Shown piece by piece: positions 58,190-64,000 of a stretch of 64,000 nucleotides of DNA (position 1 is the stretch's first letter; every line of letters begins with the position of its first letter). Both the position numbers and the translations under genes were made by a program. The notes under the pieces are model-generated. The model did no database searches. It was not told the origin of the DNA and worked only from the letters and a program-made list of their open reading frames with translations. This DNA comes from an uncultured Chthonomonadaceae bacterium (GTDB taxonomy: Bacteria; Armatimonadota; Chthonomonadetes; Chthonomonadales; Chthonomonadaceae), in contig CAWFQB010000014.1 in assembly GCA_963817895.1 (NCBI GenBank), forward strand, positions 416,001 to 480,000, given 5' to 3'.

Positions 58190-60691
58190 CTACGCCGCTT
58201 TCGCTTCCGGCCAAACAGTGATTTGAAGAGATACTTCCGGCTCCTGAATTTCGAGGCATTTTTCGCTGTTCTTTTCGCGACCCGCAAGTTTGCCTAATTT
58301 GCGCTCGGTCTTCTGGTGGTACATCTGCGTATCGGCGGCGGAAAGGAGGGTGGCGCAGTCTTCGCCATCGTGGGGAAAACACGCGACGCCAATACTCACG
58401 CCCAGATGCAGCGCTCCCAACTTGGGATGAATCAAATCCGGGTCGTAGGCTTCCACGGCCTGCTGTATTTTCTGCGCGAGCGCGGTCGCTTCCGCCCTTT
58501 CGCCGCCCTCGACCACAATCAGAAACTCGTCGCCGCCGTACCGAGCCACAATGTCGCCTGTCCCGACGTTCATGCGGAACAGATGCGCCAGTTCGCCCAG
58601 CACCTGATCGCCTTTCTGGTGGCCGAAATTGTCATTGATCGGCTTGAAACTGTCCAGGTCGAGGCACAGGAGGGCGAAGCCCGCGCGTTCGGGACGGCGG
58701 CACTTCTCCTCCACCATCTGCGTCAGATAGCGGATGTTGTACGCGCCCGTCAGAGGATCGGTGAACGCATGGCCGCGTGTACGGTCGAACAGCAAGCCGT
58801 TGTACAGCGCCATCGCCGCCCGCTCCGCAATGGTTTCCAGCAGTTGCTTGTCGTGGACGCTGAATGCTTCGGTTTCCGGCGAGTACAGATTGATGGTTCC
58901 CAGAACTTCGCCCTGATGCACGATGCTGACAATCAGCGCGGACTCGAATGTCACCCACTGCGCCGACTGCGAACTGGTCAGCAGTAGATCATCCTGATCG
59001 TACTGTCCCACATACGTGGTCCGTGTGGCGGCGACCTGCGCGGATGTGCAGCGCGGATTCAGGGAGCGCGCAGTGACAAGAAAATCGCGGTTCAATCCCA
59101 CTGCCGCCCGCGCGCTCAGGGTCTCTTCGCCCTCCTCTTTGAGCAGGAACACGCACGCGCCGCCGGGGAAAATCGCTTCCAGTTTGCGGGCCAGAATATC
59201 AATCGTCTCCTGCAATCCCAGACTGGAGGACAGGGTCTGCGCCACTTCGTACAGCGCCCACAGCTCCGAACTCGCCCGCTGAATATCGCGGGCCGCCCCC
59301 TCCATTTTCGACTTCGGATTCTCGATTTTAGAGGGCGCGGGTACAAGAGGGCCTTCTCCCTGCTCCGCCATTTCGTGAACCACGCGGTCAATCACCAGTA
59401 CGAACGCATCCACAATGACCGGGTCGAAGTGCGTTCCCGCGTCTTTGATAATCACCGAAAGGGCGCGTTCATGCGTCCACGCCGTCCGGTACGAGCGGGA
59501 ACTTGTCAGCGCGTCGTACACATCGGCAACCGCCAGAATACGCGCCGTGAGGGGAATATCCAGGCCCGCCAGACCCTCCGGGTAGCCGGTTCCGTCCCAC
59601 TTCTCATGGTGGTACTTCACAGCGGGCAGAACGGGCCAGGGGAACTCGACCGGGTCCAGAATCGCCGCGCCGATTTCAGGATGCTTCTTGATTTTTTCGA
59701 ATTCTTCGTCCGTCAAACGCCCTGGTTTGAGCAGCACGTATTCGGGAACGCCCAATTTGCCGATGTCGTGTAGCAGCGCGCCGGTATTCACGCCCTCCAG
59801 TTCCGCGCCGGTCAGTCCCATCTGCACGGCAATGGCGACCGCGTACCGCTGTACCCGCAGAATGTGCTGATGCGTGTACTGGTCCTTGGCGTCAATGGCG
59901 AGGGCGAGGCTTTTAATTGTCGCTAAATACAGATCCGCAAGATGCGCCTGATTGCGCTGAAGCTCTTCGATATGCTGTAGTTTCTCCTCCTGCCGCCCAA
60001 TGTACGTGCCGTAAGATTGGTAGGTGAGATAGGCGACGGGCGACACGAACAACAAAATCGCGACCAGGTGCTGCCCGAACAACACCAACGCAAGCGTGCT
60101 GATACACGCCCCGGCAAAATAACTGGGGGCTGTCCACAGAAACGTCTGTTTCCACAAGGTAAACGGAGGCTCTTTGGTACACAGCGCGATAATCAGGGCC
60201 ACGCCGCCTGTGTTGATGACGAAATTCATCAACGCCGCGCCGATGACGGCCATGAAGGTTTCTACGGGTCGCATTTGCAGCGTGCCGCCGTTCAGCCACA
60301 AAAACACCAGTCCCGCCAGCCAGCCCTCCAGTATCCCCAGGCAGGAGTTGAAAGCCAGTTGGTAGAGGGGCTGCCGTTTGGGATACAGGCCACCGGAGAT
60401 GCAGGTAATCATCGCCGTCATCGCGCCAGCTCCCGGCCCGAAGTGCAGCATGGCGGCGAACGTAATGGCAAACCCAAGCGACATGGAACCGGCGTCATCC
60501 TCTTGTTTATGGCGCATCAGGCAGATTTTCTTGCCGCCCGCCAATACAGCGATTATCAGGAAAACGACCAATTCCCATGCCTGCGTTTTACTGGTAGGCA
60601 TAGCCGTCGTGCAGGCGTAAACCGCGGCGACAAGACCGAGCAGGCAAACTGTTAGCAAGTACAATTGCGCCGGCTTTGGCAAACTACGCAT
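58190..60691 (-). CDS. Membrane-sensor HD-GYP + GAF + GGDEF c-di-GMP turnover protein
   Basis: About 7 N-terminal TM helices; HDIGK, HHEKWDGTGYP; GAF (GTINLY); TDPLTG, DLDSFK.IND.FGH, RYGGDEF. Confidence 0.92.
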   Translation of the reverse strand: MRSLPKPAQLYLLTVCLLGLVAAVYACTTAMPTSKTQAWELVVFLIIAVLAGGKKICLMRHKQEDDAGSMSLGFAITFAAMLHFGPGAGAMTAMITCISGGLYPKRQPLYQLAFNSCLGILEGWLAGLVFLWLNGGTLQMRPVETFMAVIGAALMNFVINTGGVALIIALCTKEPPFTLWKQTFLWTAPSYFAGACISTLALVLFGQHLVAILLFVSPVAYLTYQSYGTYIGRQEEKLQHIEELQRNQAHLADLYLATIKSLALAIDAKDQYTHQHILRVQRYAVAIAVQMGLTGAELEGVNTGALLHDIGKLGVPEYVLLKPGRLTDEEFEKIKKHPEIGAAILDPVEFPWPVLPAVKYHHEKWDGTGYPEGLAGLDIPLTARILAVADVYDALTSSRSYRTAWTHERALSVIIKDAGTHFDPVIVDAFVLVIDRVVHEMAEQGEGPLVPAPSKIENPKSKMEGAARDIQRASSELWALYEVAQTLSSSLGLQETIDILARKLEAIFPGGACVFLLKEEGEETLSARAAVGLNRDFLVTARSLNPRCTSAQVAATRTTYVGQYDQDDLLLTSSQSAQWVTFESALIVSIVHQGEVLGTINLYSPETEAFSVHDKQLLETIAERAAMALYNGLLFDRTRGHAFTDPLTGAYNIRYLTQMVEEKCRRPERAGFALLCLDLDSFKPINDNFGHQKGDQVLGELAHLFRMNVGTGDIVARYGGDEFLIVVEGGERAEATALAQKIQQAVEAYDPDLIHPKLGALHLGVSIGVACFPHDGEDCATLLSAADTQMYHQKTERKLGKLAGREKNSEKCLEIQEPEVSLQITVWPEAKAA

Positions 60692-60996
60692 TTTGTTTCC
60701 TCTTTATATACATTTTAATATAACAATTATTATCCATGCCCACCCGTTCTCCGCAAGCCTTCCGCCTGCAAACGCCGAACGGTGAAACCTCTGAATGTCG
60801 AACGCTGGTATTCTGAATCCCTGAACTGTATAGTCGTTCATTGTCAACACCAAACCTGATTTTCTTTAGTACACGTTCGGCATAGGGGCCGCAAAAAAAT
60901 CTTAGTTAAATTTGCCGGTTCTCGTGGAATGATTTTCATGGTGAAGTGATTTTCTTGAATAGAGAATTTTTGAATAGAAAGGAATGACATTGCCCC

Positions 60997-61839
60997 ATGT
61001 TGTCTAAACATAACCAAAATACCAGCATCGCTCAACGCTCAACGCTCAACGCTTTCACTTTGATTGAGTTGCTCGTTGTGATCGCCATTATCGGCATTCT
61101 GGCTGCGATCCTATTTCCGGTCTTTGCCCAGGCGCGAGAGTCGGCGCGGGCCACCGCCTGCCTGTCCAACACCAAACAGCTCGGCCTGGCCCTGACGCTT
61201 TATGCGCAGGACTATGACGAGGGGCTTATCGCCTGGCGCAACTGCCCGGCTCACGATGCAACCGGCGTGACGCAGTGTTCGCTTGCCGACCAGACCGCAT
61301 CCCTGTGGACCAATACCCTTCAGCCGTATATCAAGAGCCAGCAGATTTTAAAGTGTCCCTCGTATGTGGCGGAAAACACCGCGCAGGCGATGGACGCGGA
61401 CGATTGCGATGGCGCGGGCGCGTCGCCTAACGTGTTTCCCCCGGACACGGTGTTCGCCAACTATGGCCTGTCCTACCCGGCAACCTACTATCCGGGCTGT
61501 GACACAACCGGCAACATGGCTTACGCTCATTACGCGGGCAGCGGATGGATGACCGATACAAACGGCAACTACGTTTTCTCCGCCCAATCGCTGACGAATG
61601 TAGTCGCGCCCGCCCGTACCGCGATGGTGGTAGACGCGCTCACATTCCAGAAGCACGACGGCAGCGGCCCGTATTTAGGCATTCTGTACGGCTGCGAGGG
61701 ACGCTTCCGGCACAGGGGCGGAGCCAATCTGACTTTTCTGGACGGCCATTCCAAATGGATCACCAACAACCCGGAACGCCATCTGGAACAGGACGCATCC
61801 GGCTGCTACTACGAGCGCTACTTCACCTCGGATAAGTAG
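60997..61839 (+). CDS. DUF1559 prepilin-type N-terminal cleavage/methylation protein with H-X9-DG C-terminal motif
   Basis: [54 protein letters not shown]. Confidence 0.92.
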   Translation: MLSKHNQNTSIAQRSTLNAFTLIELLVVIAIIGILAAILFPVFAQARESARATACLSNTKQLGLALTLYAQDYDEGLIAWRNCPAHDATGVTQCSLADQTASLWTNTLQPYIKSQQILKCPSYVAENTAQAMDADDCDGAGASPNVFPPDTVFANYGLSYPATYYPGCDTTGNMAYAHYAGSGWMTDTNGNYVFSAQSLTNVVAPARTAMVVDALTFQKHDGSGPYLGILYGCEGRFRHRGGANLTFLDGHSKWITNNPERHLEQDASGCYYERYFTSDK

Positions 61840-61945
61840 AACCGACATGTAAATAGCCGCGAATGAACGCGAATAAACGCGCCTACATAGCTAGATTTAA
61901 TGCGACAACAACCGCGCTAAAACAACGTCAAGGTAGAACAGTCAG

Positions 61946-62113
61946 GTAGGGGCGCTGCTTGCTGCGCCCAAAACGACGAATTGCTGCGCCCAAAACGACG
62001 AATTGCTGCGCCCAAAACGACGAATTGCTGCGCCCTCTGGAAGCGGTTGCTGCGCCTTTGTTCGAGGAGGGTTCAACCAATGTTGAGGAGGGTTCAGCAA
62101 GCAGAACCCCTAC
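61946..62113. repeat. REP doublet (REPIN-like) with internal 22-bp tandem repeat
   Basis: GTAGGGGCGCTGCTTGCTGCGCCC on + and GTAGGGGTTCTGCTTGCTGAACCC on -; (GCTGCGCCCAAAACGACGAATT)x3 in between. Confidence 0.75.
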
Positions 62114-62205
62114 AACGTACCCTGCTATCCTACCTTGACAGACTTGTAGCGCAGCGAACATCTCTATGAAACAAAGCAAGCAGTAAAGAATACAGGAGGT
62201 TAATC

Positions 62206-62409
62206 ATGCTTAAACAGAAGAAACAAAACAGCCGACCGGAAGGAACGCGGCGCGTTGCGCGGCGAAACGCGAAATGGATTTTGTTGCCGGTTGCGGCAGG
62301 CGCGTTCAGCCTGCTGGCGGGTTGCCGAACGCAGACCGCCGATGCGTCCGACCCCGACCCGCACTACTACAAAGGCGCGGACTTCCACGGCAAACCGAGG
62401 AAAGCGTAG
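62206..62409 (+). CDS. Small lipoprotein downstream of the DUF1559 gene
   Basis: AGGAGG RBS, basic N-terminus, lipobox LAGC. Confidence 0.7.
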   Translation: MLKQKKQNSRPEGTRRVARRNAKWILLPVAAGAFSLLAGCRTQTADASDPDPHYYKGADFHGKPRKA

Positions 62410-62489
62410 TTGGTGGTTGGTGGTTGGTCAGGTTGTTATTAGTTGGAAAACTTCTCAACCTTATCTCTTGCAGGTTCGTAATCTATGGC

Positions 62490-64000
62490 ATGAGAACACC
62501 AACCACCAACCACCAACCACCAACCACCACTTTCGACCCCGTTCAGGTGGAAGTATGGCGGCACTTGCTGGCGGCAGTGGCCGAAGAGATGGGCGTCACG
62601 CTGGAACGAACAGCCTACTCCCCCAACATCAAGGAGCGTCTGGACCATAGCTGCGCCCTGTTCGACGCGGAGGGACGATTACTCGCGCAGGCGGCCCACA
62701 TTCCCGTACATCTCGGCGCAATGCCCCTGATGATTCAATCCCTGCGTTCCCGACTCGACTGGCAGCCTGGCAGCATGTGGCTGTGCAACGATCCCCGTTG
62801 CGGCGGAACCCATTTGCCGGATATTACGCTGATTGCGCCCGTGTTTGTAAAGGATGAAGGCGGAAGGATGAAGGATGAGGGGAAAATACGAGATACAAGA
62901 TACGAGATACGAGAAGAAGAGAATTCATCCTTCATGCTTCATCCTTCATCCTTGCTTGGCTTCGTCGCCAGCCGCGCCCATCATGCCGATGTGGGGGGAT
63001 TGTCGCCCGGTTCGCTGCCGCTTTCTACGGAAGCCTTTCACGAGGGAATTATCATTCCGCCGCTGTTGTTGGTAGAAAATGGGCAGGTGCGGCAGGACGC
63101 TCTGGAACTGGTTTGCGCCAATTCACGGACGCCGGGGGAGCGGCGGGGCGACCTGTCGGCGCAAATCGCCGCCAATGAGACGGGCATACGGAGGTTTCGC
63201 GCTCTGATGGAAGCGCATGGCGCGGAAACATTCGGGCTGCGCGTGGGCGAAAACATCGCGTATGCCGCGCAAGCCGTTCGCGCCGCCATTCAAACCCTGC
63301 CGCCGGGAGTTTATGAGGCCGAGGATGTTCTGGACGATGACGGCGCGGGCAGCACAGACATTCTGATTCGCGTTAAAATGACCGTGCAGGCAAACGGCGG
63401 CATCTGCTTTGATTTCACGGGCAGCGCCAGTCAGGTGCGCGGTTCGCTCAACGCCACTCTCGCCATTACCCGTTCCGCCTGCTACTACGTCGTCCGCTGT
63501 CTTGTCGAGGAAGAAATCCCCACGAATGAGGGCTGTTTCGCGCCCGTCGAAGTGATTGCGCCACCGGGAAGCATCGTCAACGCGCGTTTTCCGGCTGCGG
63601 TGGCGGCGGGAAATGTCGAGACTTCGCAGCGCATTGTGGATGTGCTGTTGCGGGCATTAGCGCAGGCCGCGCCTGAACGTATTCCCGCCGCCAGTCAAGG
63701 CACGATGAACAACCTGACCATCGGCGGGTGGGACGCGGAGCGGCAACAGCCGTTCGCGTATTACGAAACAATTGCGGGCGGCGCGGGCGCGTCCCCTTTC
63801 GGAGCGGGCATGTCGGGCATCCACACCCACATGACCAACACGCGCAATACGCCGGTCGAAGCCTTTGAAACCCATTATCCCATGCGCGTGGAAGCCTACG
63901 CGCTTGCAGAGGGGACAGGCGGCGAAGGCGAACACGCGGGCGGCATGGGAATCATACGCCAAATCCGTCTGCTCACGGATTGCCGCGTGTCGCTGCTGAC
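62490..64000 (+). CDS. Hydantoinase B/5-oxoprolinase family protein; runs off the right edge
   Basis: Translated by hand: DPVQVEV...AEEMGVTLERTAYSPNIKERLDHSCALFD, HIPVHLG, NDP..GGTHLPD, RAHHADVGG, ASQGTMNN, YYETIAGG, HMTNTRNTPVE. Confidence 0.92.
   Translation, partial: MRTPTTNHQPPTTTFDPVQVEVWRHLLAAVAEEMGVTLERTAYSPNIKERLDHSCALFDAEGRLLAQAAHIPVHLGAMPLMIQSLRSRLDWQPGSMWLCNDPRCGGTHLPDITLIAPVFVKDEGGRMKDEGKIRDTRYEIREEENSSFMLHPSSLLGFVASRAHHADVGGLSPGSLPLSTEAFHEGIIIPPLLLVENGQVRQDALELVCANSRTPGERRGDLSAQIAANETGIRRFRALMEAHGAETFGLRVGENIAYAAQAVRAAIQTLPPGVYEAEDVLDDDGAGSTDILIRVKMTVQANGGICFDFTGSASQVRGSLNATLAITRSACYYVVRCLVEEEIPTNEGCFAPVEVIAPPGSIVNARFPAAVAAGNVETSQRIVDVLLRALAQAAPERIPAASQGTMNNLTIGGWDAERQQPFAYYETIAGGAGASPFGAGMSGIHTHMTNTRNTPVEAFETHYPMRVEAYALAEGTGGEGEHAGGMGIIRQIRLLTDCRVSLL

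Noticed and set aside
61961..62035. 22-bp repeats as a CRISPR array
   Set aside because: The repeats are directly adjacent with no unique spacers, and no cas genes are present.

Overview
GC-rich bacterial window, almost entirely coded on the minus strand. Gene content suggests Armatimonadota or a similar lineage (inference from the DUF1559 'FAQARE' prepilin-like gene, the BTAD regulator and the planctomycete-type cytochrome genes). From left to right: a TIR-NB-ARC protein running off the left edge, a secreted WD40-caspase, an outer-membrane barrel, a CHAP amidase, a broken HNH pair, glycan-active genes, a furA-katG operon and a large xylan/hemicellulose cluster (CE1 esterases, GH43, GH51, LacI, GH71/99-like, GH78). 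Many genes between about 4.5 and 42 kb are split by single-base frameshifts, probably assembly indels. Three loci stand out. (1) A hydroxypyruvate-isomerase-like gene (50846-51604) whose 3' ~230 bp recurs twice downstream with an identical breakpoint. These copies bracket cargo cassettes like a tandem island array, but no integrase is visible. (2) One cassette is a compact putative defence operon: RelE-like protein, minimal Shedu nuclease and a 1706-aa nucleoside phosphorylase-STAND-TPR protein. (3) A c-di-GMP module: membrane HD-GYP/GAF/GGDEF enzyme, two subtilases with six C-terminal RAxWG repeats each, and a translationally coupled PilZ protein. Both subtilase genes have the same structured 5' leader. 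The window ends in a hydantoinase B gene with an in-frame palindromic repeat insertion. All calls come from reading motifs by eye; no searches were run.
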